Shown one piece after another: positions 54,299 through 64,000 of a DNA stretch of 64,000 nt. The notes under the pieces are model-generated. The model was not told the origin of the DNA and ran no database searches. It worked only from the letters and a program-made list of their open reading frames with translations. The DNA comes from Nitrospirota bacterium (lineage in GTDB: Bacteria > Nitrospirota > JACRHJ01). The position numbers and the translations under genes were made by a program. Location: the NCBI GenBank assembly GCA_963845245.1, contig CAWJRJ010000013.1:1-64000 (forward strand), given 5' to 3'. The number at the start of each line of letters is the position of its first letter. The stretch's first letter is position 1.

Positions 54299-55063
54299 AT
54301 GAAGAAGCTGATACCATTGTTCGTTGCGATGACCTTTGTGACGGCGCTGGCCGTCGTTATATCCGCTGTCGTTGTATATGCCGACGAGACGGTAACCGGC
54401 AAGGTCGTGGCGGTAGACGCCGCAGGCAAGACGATTGTGGTGAACACGGCTACTGGCGACAGGACGGTGGTATTGCAGGAGGGCATCGAAAACGTGACGC
54501 CTGGCATGAATGTTGAGATGACATGCTTTGAAGTTGACGGCAAGGCCTGCGCAAAGAACGTCAAGGTCATTACCGTGGCGGAATCTCAGACCATGCAGGG
54601 CGAAGTCGTATCCATAGATCCCGGTGGCAAATCGGTCGTCATCAAGTCCCCCGAGGGCAAGGAAGTGACGATACTCATCAATAGCCCGCCTGTCGTGGAA
54701 ACGCTTTCGGTCAAGGAAGGCGCTCCTGCCGGTGAGAACATCGCCTGTGAGCCCATGCCCATCAGCATGATCAAGCCTGGCTCAATGGTGAGAGTAGACT
54801 GTTTCGACAGCGGGGGCGCGTTCTGCGCCAGAAGGATAACCGTGGTGCCGACCAGCACTGAGATCGTCGGGAAGGTAGTCTCCACCGACCCTGCCGGGAA
54901 TGTCGTGGTGGTAAAGACCAACGCCGGCGAGAAGAAGCTCTACTACCAGAAGACCACCACCGGCGCGCCGCTTAGCGAGGTCCAGGTGGACAAAAACATC
55001 AGGGCATACTGCCTGGACGTCGATGGCAAGACCTGCGTAAGGGATATAACAGTGACCCAGTAA
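54299..55063 (+). CDS. Secreted three-repeat OB-fold-like protein, paralog of 51091-51849
   Basis: Same repeats; shared LYYQK.T.GAP and AYCLDV.GKTC. Confidence 0.85.
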   Translation: MKKLIPLFVAMTFVTALAVVISAVVVYADETVTGKVVAVDAAGKTIVVNTATGDRTVVLQEGIENVTPGMNVEMTCFEVDGKACAKNVKVITVAESQTMQGEVVSIDPGGKSVVIKSPEGKEVTILINSPPVVETLSVKEGAPAGENIACEPMPISMIKPGSMVRVDCFDSGGAFCARRITVVPTSTEIVGKVVSTDPAGNVVVVKTNAGEKKLYYQKTTTGAPLSEVQVDKNIRAYCLDVDGKTCVRDITVTQ

Positions 55064-55085
55064 ACAATTTTATAATAAGAGATAT

Positions 55086-55116
55086 AAAAAAGGCGGTCCG
55101 GTTCGGGCCGCCTTTT
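55086..55116. terminator. Bidirectional terminator
   Basis: A6-GGCGGTCC-loop-GGGCCGCC-T4. Confidence 0.8.
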
Positions 55117-55120
55117 AATG

Positions 55121-56326
55121 TTACTTTATCCTTCCTCTGAGGCGCTCCGGCTCGACTACCTCGTCTTTCAATATCAGCTCTCGCGCGGCATCGATCCGGT
55201 CCGGCATGTTGCACATCATCGCGCCCTTTACCTTGCCCTCAAGCATATAGTATACGACCCCCGTGTCGAACTCCTTCTGCCAGTCCGCAAAGGTGGTAAG
55301 GTTGGCGTCCACCTCACCCACAGCCTCGTAGTTGAACTCGAACAGGTCGGAGAAGAAGAAAGGCATGTAGGTGAACGGTTCGTTCGCCCCTGCCATGTTC
55401 CTGCCCGCCGCAAGGCCCTGGGCCCTTGAGTTATCCCAGTGTTCGATGCGCGCCCTGTGGCCGAGCGCCTTGTACGGGAAGAAGGCGACATCGCCCGCCG
55501 CGTATATGTCCTGGTCGGAGCTTCTTAGGTACTCGTTCACGGCGATGCCGTCCGCAAGCGTGAGGCCGGCATTCTTCGCAAGCTCCACGTTCGGCATAAC
55601 CCCGACGCCTGCTATGATGATGTCCGCCGCAATCTCCTGCTCCTTATTGGTAGCTACCACAAAACGTGTGCCCTCTTTTCTGATAGAGATGGGCGTCTCA
55701 TTGTGCAGTACGTTGACGCCATGCCCGGCAAAGCCTGCCTGAACCGCCTTTGCAAGATAGTCCGGGAGCACGCGCCCGCATATGTACTTGGAGGGGAACA
55801 GCATCGTGACGTTCATCCTGTTTATGGTGAGCGCGGCCGCAAGCTCCGAGCCTATGAAACCGCCTCCTATTACGACTGCGTTCTTCCCTGAAGCGGCCTC
55901 GTACCTAGTCTTTCTGTAGTCGTCCAGGAAGCGGTAGTAGCACACGCCTTCGAGGTCACCGCCGGGTATTGGCAGACGCCTCGGGCTGCTGCCGGTTGCC
56001 AGCAGGAGCTTCGCATATTTGTAGGTATTACCCTTGTCGTCCGAGACGGTATTGCTGTTTGTATCAAGTCGGGTGACCCTGGTGCCAAGGGAAAGCAGGA
56101 CGCCGTTTTGTTCGTAAAAGTCCTTGGACTCGATGAATATTTCGTCCACCGCCATCTTGTCAAACCAAAGCATCTTCGACAGCGGCGGCCTGTCATAGGG
56201 CATGTGGTTCTCTGCTCCTATCAGAAGTATGGAGCCGTCCTTGTCCTTCTCGCGTATGCCCCTGATTGCCGACGCGCCCGCGAGTCCGCCACCGACGATA
56301 ACATAGGTGTATGTTTGCTCAGCCAT
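55121..56326 (-). CDS. FAD/NAD(P)-dependent oxidoreductase (ferredoxin reductase-like)
   Basis: GGGLAG, PYDRPPLSK, GGGFIGSE, IYAAGD, RIEHW. Confidence 0.92.
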   Translation of the reverse strand: MAEQTYTYVIVGGGLAGASAIRGIREKDKDGSILLIGAENHMPYDRPPLSKMLWFDKMAVDEIFIESKDFYEQNGVLLSLGTRVTRLDTNSNTVSDDKGNTYKYAKLLLATGSSPRRLPIPGGDLEGVCYYRFLDDYRKTRYEAASGKNAVVIGGGFIGSELAAALTINRMNVTMLFPSKYICGRVLPDYLAKAVQAGFAGHGVNVLHNETPISIRKEGTRFVVATNKEQEIAADIIIAGVGVMPNVELAKNAGLTLADGIAVNEYLRSSDQDIYAAGDVAFFPYKALGHRARIEHWDNSRAQGLAAGRNMAGANEPFTYMPFFFSDLFEFNYEAVGEVDANLTTFADWQKEFDTGVVYYMLEGKVKGAMMCNMPDRIDAARELILKDEVVEPERLRGRIK

Positions 56327-56395
56327 GCCAGCCCTCCGGAATGTGTATACCTATTAAATATAGCATTTTTTTTATTATGGAGGGGCATACGACAG

Positions 56396-56437
56396 ATAAA
56401 AAGGCCTAAGCCGCCTTGGCTTAATCCTTTTTATTTT
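56396..56437. terminator. Hairpin whose left arm is repeated at 58865-58882
   Basis: ATAAAAAGGCCTAAGCC-loop-GGCTTAATCCTTTTATTTT. Confidence 0.6.
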
Positions 56438-56795
56438 CTAAAGACAAGAGAAAAATTATTGACACCCCATATCTGTATAATGATATTATCGTGAAAGTCA
56501 TTTACAAATTATATAGTAGCTGCGATGAAACATGTCTTTAAAAGAAAAGAAGAAGTCAAAAGAATAAGCTTGGTAGCGGGTCAGTTTCAATTTAAATTCA
56601 CGGTCGTGATTGCATAGATACAAACCCCAGTTTACCAGCCTTTTTTGCTATCGGTCTTGACCTCATCCTACCGATATAATTACCCTGACTTCATTTGTTG
56701 TCCTGATTAATGGCATGGCGGAGACAGTTAAGCTCACACCCATACCCTCGAAGGAAAGCATATTTTGAGCGAACCATATTTCAGGGCAGTTTAAC

Positions 56796-58823
56796 ATGAG
56801 CGATAAGTTGCAAACAAAAAAAGCGGCCCTCAATGTAAACGGCTTGCAGCTCTATATTCTGCTAGCTATCTCATTCGGGGTTTATATTAACACGCTCTGG
56901 AACGGTTTTGTGTATGACGACAGCATCCAGATACTCCAGAATCATTGGATACGTGATATAACATATCTCCCTGAGATATTCGAGAAAGGCGTATGGGGGT
57001 TTCGAGGTTCATCTATGACGGGCTCCAACTATTATCGCCCAATGATGCATTTAATATATATGCTGGACTACCTCCTTTTCGGCTTCGCACCGTGGGGTTT
57101 TCACCTGGTCAATGTGCTGCTGCATATGGCTGTCTGTGTGCTAGTTTTTTTTGTAACCAAGAGGCTCCTTCGGGAATACGGCTATAGCGACAGGCAGGAC
57201 CAGCTCTTTATGCCGTTCGCTGTTGCTGTCATCTTCGCCGTCCACCCTATCCATACCGAGGTCGTCGCTTGGGTAGCAGGGGTGCCGGAGCTCTCGTTTA
57301 CGTTCTTTTACCTGTTGTCTTTTTATTTATATATGGGTTCCCGGTGCGAACAGGGCTCTAAAAATAAAAGAGCAGTTTTATTCTCTTTAGCATCATTCTT
57401 CATCGCAATGCTCTGTAAGGAGCCGGCCGTCACCCTTCCCGCCGCCCTTTTCTGTTATGACTATGTGGTCAAGAAAAGCAAGGACCGGCCCGCCGGGTAT
57501 ATCAAGAGGTACCTGCCGTATTTTATGACGATCATAGCATACCTTGCCCTGAGATTTTCTGCCTTACGCGGCTTTGCGCCGGAGACGCATTGGAAGTTAA
57601 GCGCATACCAAATCGTGGTTAACACCTTCCAGCTTTTTGGTCAATATCTCAGGAAGCTTGTGCTACCCCTGAACATGAATGCCATGTATCAGTTCCGTCC
57701 GGCCACATCCATATTCGATGTGGATGTTTTGTTCGGGTTTATATTAACGGCTATTTTCGTGCTTACCTTTGTTACGTTACTAAAGAAGCGCTCCATTTTG
57801 TCGTTCGGGCTCATCCTTGTCGTCTTACCGCTTATTCCGGCCATGTATATACCCGCAATGGGCAGAAACGTGTTCGCAGAGCGGTACCTGTATCTGCCGG
57901 TTTTTGGATTTTCGCTTCTGCTCTGCCTGCTGGCCGTCTGGACATCTGAACGCCAGCCACGATCGTCAAGGATTATCGCTTTATGTTTCTTGTGCCTCGT
58001 AGTGGTTTATTCAGGTATGACGATAGCCAGGAATCGGATATGGAAGGATAATCTTACACTCTGGTCCGACGCCGTCAGGAAATCCCCAGACGAGGCAATG
58101 GTCCATGGATCCCTGGGCCAGGCGTATTTCAACAAAGGCTGGGTAGACAGGGCTATAGATGAGTATCAGCTTGCCCTGAAAATATGGCCTGATGATGAGC
58201 TCGCACACTACAACCTGGGCCTGGCGTATTTTGAAAAAGGTTGGGTAGACAGGGCGATAGATGAGTACCAGCTCGCCCTGAAAATAAGCCCTGATTATGA
58301 GGGTGTCCACAACAACCTGGGTAATGCATATTACGCCAAAGGTTTGGTGGACAGGGCAATGGTTGAGTACCAGCTTGCCCTGAAAATATGGCCTGATGAT
58401 GAGCTTGCTCACAACAACTTGGGCAATGTATATTATGCCAAGGGCTGGATGGACAAGGCGATACACGAATACTCGCTCACCCTTAAAATAAGTCCTGATG
58501 ATGCTGACGCGCACAAAAACCTGGGCAATGCATATTACACGAAAGGTTTGGTGGACAGGGCAATAGATGAGTACCAGCTTGCCCTTAAAATCAGGCCTGA
58601 TGATGCCGACGCCCATTGCAACTTGGGCATTTCCTTTGCCGCCAAAGGGATACCCGACAAGGCGATAGAGGAGTTCAGGTCCGCAATAAGATTAAAACCC
58701 GGTTTTGCCAACGCCCATTTCAATTTAGGACATGCCTTGATGAATAAGGGTTTTAAAGAGGAGGCCTTGAAGGAGTTGGATACCGCAGCCCGCACCCAGG
58801 CTAAAGCCGTTGGCCAGCGATGA
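56796..58823 (+). CDS. TMTC-like GT-C membrane glycosyltransferase with C-terminal TPRs
   Basis: FVYDD, YYRP, FH..NV.LH, FAVHPIHTEVVAW, KE, AERYLYLP, RN.IW. About 6-7 near-identical 102-bp TPR units. Confidence 0.88.
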   Translation: MSDKLQTKKAALNVNGLQLYILLAISFGVYINTLWNGFVYDDSIQILQNHWIRDITYLPEIFEKGVWGFRGSSMTGSNYYRPMMHLIYMLDYLLFGFAPWGFHLVNVLLHMAVCVLVFFVTKRLLREYGYSDRQDQLFMPFAVAVIFAVHPIHTEVVAWVAGVPELSFTFFYLLSFYLYMGSRCEQGSKNKRAVLFSLASFFIAMLCKEPAVTLPAALFCYDYVVKKSKDRPAGYIKRYLPYFMTIIAYLALRFSALRGFAPETHWKLSAYQIVVNTFQLFGQYLRKLVLPLNMNAMYQFRPATSIFDVDVLFGFILTAIFVLTFVTLLKKRSILSFGLILVVLPLIPAMYIPAMGRNVFAERYLYLPVFGFSLLLCLLAVWTSERQPRSSRIIALCFLCLVVVYSGMTIARNRIWKDNLTLWSDAVRKSPDEAMVHGSLGQAYFNKGWVDRAIDEYQLALKIWPDDELAHYNLGLAYFEKGWVDRAIDEYQLALKISPDYEGVHNNLGNAYYAKGLVDRAMVEYQLALKIWPDDELAHNNLGNVYYAKGWMDKAIHEYSLTLKISPDDADAHKNLGNAYYTKGLVDRAIDEYQLALKIRPDDADAHCNLGISFAAKGIPDKAIEEFRSAIRLKPGFANAHFNLGHALMNKGFKEEALKELDTAARTQAKAVGQR

Positions 58824-59157
58824 TATCGGCCAGTTGCTAAAAACATTGGTCACGCCTGAGGAAAATAAAAAGGCCTAAGCCGATGAATTAAAGCATAGAT
58901 AACGTATTAATTAACAAATGATTTCTAGAATGGGCTTGCGCGTATTAAAGGTTTACCTGTTGTATTACCATCCGACAGACAGGTTTTTTGACACGAGTGA
59001 GTTTTGTGCCTATACTATAAATTATAAAATAGTCTGTTAAAGAATTTTTAGCCCAGCCTTAAGTCGTGCCCTCGAAGATCCTCGAAATTCCAAGAAATAG
59101 GATAGTCGGCAGTTACCTTGTAAGTTGTTGTTCCTAAAAGTATTTAGGAGGATAACG

Positions 59158-62100
59158 ATGGGGAAAACTGTTTCTATCTTCCTGGCCTGTTTATTATCCA
59201 TCCAATATTTTTGCTTCCCTGTTAATGCCCTGGCCGATGGACCTGTCGGGTTTTATGACGACATGGAGAACGGGATGTCAAAGTGGAACGCCACGGGCTT
59301 CTGGCACCAGGTGGAAGACGGTGTCAGCCCATATGCCAACAGCCATAGTAAAATCCACAGCTGGTGGTTTGGACAGGACGCCACTGGTAACTATGACAAC
59401 CGTGCGATTGTTTCTGGAAGTTTGATTACAACAACTTTTTATGTACCCCAAAAAGGGTCCCTGGCTTTTTGGAGCTGGGAAAGCACGGAAAATAAACCCG
59501 GTTTTGACACAAGGACGGTTTATTTAACAAACGATAACGGCACAACCTGGATAAAGATATATGAATCAGGCGATAACAGTTCCACTTGGCATAAAGTGTC
59601 GGTTGACCTCTCAGACTATGGGAATCAGGCTGTCAAACTGAAATTTGCGTTTGATACGGTGAACAAAGTCCGCAACAACTACCGTGGATGGTACATAGAT
59701 GACGTAGCGGTTTTTTCCGACCCCGTTTCGGATATAACCGCGCCCGTCAATGGAGATATCATATCGGGTCAGCCAATAGCCATAAGCGGACGGGCTGTCG
59801 ATAATAGCGGCTCGGGGTTGAACAAGGTCGAAGTCTCGATAAATGGCGGGGCATGGCGGACGGCGACAGGCACTGCCAACTGGAGTTACATATGGACCCT
59901 GCCTGCGGATGGAATCAATAACATAAAATCCAGGGCCACGGACAACGCTGGAAACATTGAAACCCCTGCGGCGGGTGTCGAGGTGACAGTGGATAACACC
60001 CCTCCGTCTACAAACGTAACAAGCCCGGCAAATGGCGCTTTCATCAAAGGGACGACGATAAGCTTGAGCGGGACTGCAAGCGATGGAGAGGGTACTGGTG
60101 TAGCAAAAGTCGAGATCTCCAGTGACGGAGGAAAGGCATGGGACACCGCAACAGGTACGACAAACTGGGATTATGACCTTGGAATAAGCCCGCCGGAAAA
60201 TTACAGCATGTGGCGCGTGGCAAGTGCAATGATACGCGATGTTCAAAGCAGCGACGCAATAACCGTCCGGGTTAAACATTTATTGAAAGCCGATGGTTCT
60301 AAAGTCCGGGTCGGTTTTGTGTCCGGGCCGACCCAGGCCATCTCAATAGACGAGGCATATTTAGGAAATGATGCCGGCGATGGGGCGGTATCCGGGAACG
60401 TGCCGCTGACGTTTGGAGGGAACGGCTCCGTAACCGTGCCGGGTGGCGAAACCATATTCAGCGACCCTGTCACCTGGAACGCTATACGCGGCAGCACCGT
60501 AGTTGTCACGACATACGGAACTGGCCTTAGTTTGGGTAGGAACCGCGACTTTGCCAGCTATTACGAGGACGGCGATGTGGCCGGGGTGTCAAGGCCGCTC
60601 GCCAACAAGACCTATTTGTTTCGTAGCGGTTATGATATCTGGAATGCCCTTGTGGTGGAGGTGTTAAGCGAAGGGACTTCAGCCAATGAGAACGTGTTGC
60701 TGCTGGGGGACTCGATCACTCTAGGCGCATATGCGTCATATGGAGCCAGGTACTGGGCCGGATTACTGGGCGCAAAGGTTAACGTGTTCAACGCGGCACT
60801 CGGCGGGACGACCGCGGCCTATGAGACAGGAGTGTTGGCGGGCATACTTGGTCACGGAATAAAATATGATAAAGCTATAGTTAGCCTCGGCACAAATGAT
60901 ATCGGTTTCGGGTATGCAGTGGATGATATAAAAACAAACCTGTGCGCTATATATACCGCCCTGGAGTCTCAGGGTATCACAGTGATAGCAGGGAATATCA
61001 CGCCGCGTTCGGCTGTAGGCTCAATGGAAACCGCGCGCCTTGACATTAACGACTGGCTTGGGACATTGCCGTGTGGGATAAAAGGGGTCATAGACTTCGA
61101 TGCCGCGGTAAGAGACCCTGCCAGCCCCAGCAAGATGCTGCCCGGGTATGACGACGGTTACGGTCTTCACCCAAGCAGCCTGGGGCATGCGGCGATGTAC
61201 GGCGCCATAGACAAGGAAAATCTTTTTACTGCGGGCTTGGTGTTCGATATAAACGCCCGCGCGATCGACATCGCAGGCAATGTTGAAGACCCTTATCAGA
61301 TGGTCAGGGTCACAGTGGATAATTCAGCGCCGACGTCCACAATAGAGAACATATCCGCAGGTGCCACGCTTACCGGTACATCGTATAAAATAAGTGGGAC
61401 CTCCGAAGACGGCGCTGGCTGCGGTGTGAACAAAGTCGAGGTATCCACAAACGCCGGCATTACATGGAACCTGGCCGAGGGGGCTTCGGCATGGAGCTAC
61501 GGATGGATCTTGCCCGTAAGCGGGAACTTCACTGTAATGAGCCGCGCCGCCGACAGGGCGGGCAACGAAGAAATTCCAGATACCGGTGTCAGCTGCACGG
61601 TCGTAGCTTACGGCACACCTGAGCTACCGCATTTCAACTGGAACCCGTCGATTTGTGGCGGGAGCTGCGAGTTCTGCCATCGCACCCCGGCCACCTTTCT
61701 GCCGGCGGGAATCAGGGAAACGACAGAATATTGCCGGTCATGCCATAACGCGGCGGGCATCTCGCATGAAAGGGACCTTTTGGGCTCCCATGAGCATGCA
61801 ACGATGGTCAACGTGACGACCGGCGGGTGTAAGACTCCTACTTACGGCAACATCACGGCCAGCGAATATAACAACCAGCCGTTCTCGAGGCTGTCGGCCG
61901 GAAACAAGATAACATGCGTCGTCTGCCATAATGTAATGAGGAAGACAGAAGACTACGGAAGGTCATGGGAGTATACGGCCACAAGCGACCACCTGACCTA
62001 TAAGTTGCAATGGGGCGGATGGGACATGTACGGCTACCTTGTTCCGAAGGTGTACAGGGACACCAGCCTCTTTGCTGGCCCGGCATATGTTGAGGGCAAG

Positions 62101-62577
62101 AAGGCGTATCTTGTCGACCCGTCTGAATATACCTACGACGAGACGGCAGGCACGATAACATTCAAGGCGGCCCAGCCGTCAGGCGTCTATATATACGTAG
62201 GGCTCGATTACCAGTATCTGAGGGCATCTTCTCAGGACAACCGGCTTTGTTCCGACTGTCATGCCGAAGCCACACACAAGGGCAACAACTGCCTTTCCTG
62301 CCATCAGGCCCATAATACCGACAATATCGCAGGGATAAGAGGCACGCTACGGACGACCGACCGCTCGGAATGCAGGGTGAATTTCCAGAGTTACACGGGG
62401 GTCCATTCTTTTGCCGACGGCGATAAAACCTATGACGGGATATGCGAGGTCTGCCACACGCTGACAAAATACTACAGGCGGGACGGCACAGGTTTCGTCA
62501 ACCATTCGGGAGGTATGAACTATGACGGGAAACGCTGCACCGCCTGCCATAGCCACTCGACAGGATTTGCCAAATGA
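59158..62577 (+). CDS. Secreted multidomain protein: jelly-roll-like domain, Ig-like repeats, SGNH hydrolase, 7 CxxCH
   Basis: AGGAG RBS and signal peptide; GWYIDDV; Ig repeats; GDSIT, GTND and LHP; seven CxxCH motifs in the C-terminal third. Confidence 0.88.
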   Translation: MGKTVSIFLACLLSIQYFCFPVNALADGPVGFYDDMENGMSKWNATGFWHQVEDGVSPYANSHSKIHSWWFGQDATGNYDNRAIVSGSLITTTFYVPQKGSLAFWSWESTENKPGFDTRTVYLTNDNGTTWIKIYESGDNSSTWHKVSVDLSDYGNQAVKLKFAFDTVNKVRNNYRGWYIDDVAVFSDPVSDITAPVNGDIISGQPIAISGRAVDNSGSGLNKVEVSINGGAWRTATGTANWSYIWTLPADGINNIKSRATDNAGNIETPAAGVEVTVDNTPPSTNVTSPANGAFIKGTTISLSGTASDGEGTGVAKVEISSDGGKAWDTATGTTNWDYDLGISPPENYSMWRVASAMIRDVQSSDAITVRVKHLLKADGSKVRVGFVSGPTQAISIDEAYLGNDAGDGAVSGNVPLTFGGNGSVTVPGGETIFSDPVTWNAIRGSTVVVTTYGTGLSLGRNRDFASYYEDGDVAGVSRPLANKTYLFRSGYDIWNALVVEVLSEGTSANENVLLLGDSITLGAYASYGARYWAGLLGAKVNVFNAALGGTTAAYETGVLAGILGHGIKYDKAIVSLGTNDIGFGYAVDDIKTNLCAIYTALESQGITVIAGNITPRSAVGSMETARLDINDWLGTLPCGIKGVIDFDAAVRDPASPSKMLPGYDDGYGLHPSSLGHAAMYGAIDKENLFTAGLVFDINARAIDIAGNVEDPYQMVRVTVDNSAPTSTIENISAGATLTGTSYKISGTSEDGAGCGVNKVEVSTNAGITWNLAEGASAWSYGWILPVSGNFTVMSRAADRAGNEEIPDTGVSCTVVAYGTPELPHFNWNPSICGGSCEFCHRTPATFLPAGIRETTEYCRSCHNAAGISHERDLLGSHEHATMVNVTTGGCKTPTYGNITASEYNNQPFSRLSAGNKITCVVCHNVMRKTEDYGRSWEYTATSDHLTYKLQWGGWDMYGYLVPKVYRDTSLFAGPAYVEGKKAYLVDPSEYTYDETAGTITFKAAQPSGVYIYVGLDYQYLRASSQDNRLCSDCHAEATHKGNNCLSCHQAHNTDNIAGIRGTLRTTDRSECRVNFQSYTGVHSFADGDKTYDGICEVCHTLTKYYRRDGTGFVNHSGGMNYDGKRCTACHSHSTGFAK

Positions 62578-62615
62578 CATTGGGTTAATGAGATGCCAAA
62601 AGGGATTAACGGAAT

Positions 62616-62652
62616 AAAAAAGGGTTACGGGAAGTCCCGTAACCCTTTTTTT
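62616..62652. terminator. Bidirectional terminator
   Basis: A6-GGGTTACGGG-loop-CCCGTAACCC followed by a T-tract. Confidence 0.88.
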
Positions 62653-62658
62653 ATTTTA

Positions 62659-62735
<77 letters not shown>

Positions 62736-62755
62736 CTAGGTCGGGGGATATAACC

Positions 62756-63253
62756 TTAGTTCTTCTCCCAGCCGTTAAGCGTAATGGCATAATCCGGATG
62801 CGTGAAGGCATGGGTGGTCGGGAACTTCTGGAACAGCCAGCCGTTGAACACTTCCTTGCCGCCCTCGGTGACTATGACCTTTGCAGCAGGGTTGGTCGGC
62901 TCGTTCGAGGCAGAGGTTATGTTCAGGCCCTGCATGACGAACGCAGGCACGAACTCTACGGCCTTGATGTTAAGCTTGCTGCCGGGGATGTCCATCGCCT
63001 CGCCGAGCTTCACGGTGTAGTCCTTCTTCGACTTGCCCTTCTTGTCCTCGACCGTGATCTTTATCGACTTCCATTTGCCCTTCACGTCAGGCGGGATGGA
63101 TACGGTAGCCGTCTGGCCCTTCTGCGGAAGCGCAAGCTTCGGCTCGCCGGCACCAGGTGCCTGGGCACCCTTTTCCTTCTCCTGCTTGCCGCACGCTGAA
63201 AGGGATACTGCAAGCACACCGGCCACGCACAGTACAGTCAACTTTTTAAACAT
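62756..63253 (-). CDS. Lipoprotein, DUF2155-like
   Basis: Lipobox LSAC; NPAA...FNGWLF..FP..H.F.HP.Y. Confidence 0.8.
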   Translation of the reverse strand: MFKKLTVLCVAGVLAVSLSACGKQEKEKGAQAPGAGEPKLALPQKGQTATVSIPPDVKGKWKSIKITVEDKKGKSKKDYTVKLGEAMDIPGSKLNIKAVEFVPAFVMQGLNITSASNEPTNPAAKVIVTEGGKEVFNGWLFQKFPTTHAFTHPDYAITLNGWEKN

Positions 63254-63327
63254 CTTCAAGCCTCCCGTTGTTTTAGGTTCCTACACCTTGTTACTGTCAA
63301 TCGATTGCGGCCCGTTGCCGCATAATA

Positions 63328-63419
63328 TGGCGGAGAGGCAGGGATTCGAACCCTGGGTGGAGATTGCTCCCCACGACGGTTTAGCAAACCGTTGCCTTCG
63401 GCCTCTCGGCCACCTCTCC
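63328..63419 (-). tRNA. tRNA-Ser(GCT)
   Basis: GGAGAGGTGGCCGAGAGG..., ACGGT-TTGCTAA-ACCGT, long variable arm, CCA end. Confidence 0.96.
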
Positions 63420-63453
63420 GTAAAACAAAAATCACGCTGAATATGCTTACTTA

Positions 63454-63539
63454 TGGCGGAGGGAGTAGGATTCGAACCCACGGAACTTTCGTTCAACGGT
63501 TTTCAAGACCGCCGCCTTAAACCACTCGGCCATCCCTCC
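63454..63539 (-). tRNA. tRNA-Ser(TGA)
   Basis: GGAGGGATGGCCGAGTGG..., CGGT-CTTGAAA-ACCG, CCA end. Confidence 0.96.
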
Positions 63540-63566
63540 GTTTTATTCTGAAATCCTTCCTTCCGG

Positions 63567-64000
<434 letters not shown>

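Noticed and set aside
58100..58720. 102-bp repeats as a non-coding array or DGR template/variable repeat pair
   Set aside because: They are in-frame TPR units, differences are not adenine-specific, and no reverse transcriptase is present.
59040..59120. c-di-GMP-I riboswitch upstream of the cytochrome gene
   Set aside because: Only a vaguely similar 3' end; the GAAA-loop P2 and GACGCAAA core are absent.

Overview
The window looks like joined sequence from different sources. (1) Bases 2-4409 are a tandem array of 55 copies of an 81-bp AT-rich unit (~31% GC). Almost all variation lies at one 16-bp palindrome and one C/T site, and the array cuts into the 5' part of ppk1. (2) Bases ~4410-8195 are low-GC, Firmicutes-like DNA (taxonomy inferred). 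They hold the ppk1 5' fragment, a tyrosine integrase remnant, a PTS-EIIA/GmhB-like fusion with the canonical catalytic residues replaced, a divergent XRE switch with three operator-like palindromes, and the 3' part of a repeat protein. (3) From ~8195 to the end is a GC-rich anaerobe chromosome (Nitrospirota/Deltaproteobacteria-like, inferred). It carries mreBCD-mrdA-rodA-radical SAM-rng, resB/ccsA with a ~15-heme cytochrome, tsaC, queC, a DEAD-box helicase, nth, lemA/TPM/coaD, smpB, an ECF sigma, hicBA, pgk/gap/pyk, tex, a TMTC-like glycosyltransferase beside an Ig/SGNH/7-heme secreted protein, three tRNAs and the 3' end of serS. About a dozen single-base frameshifts in housekeeping genes point to sequencing indel errors. 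No database searches were run; family calls come from motif recognition.
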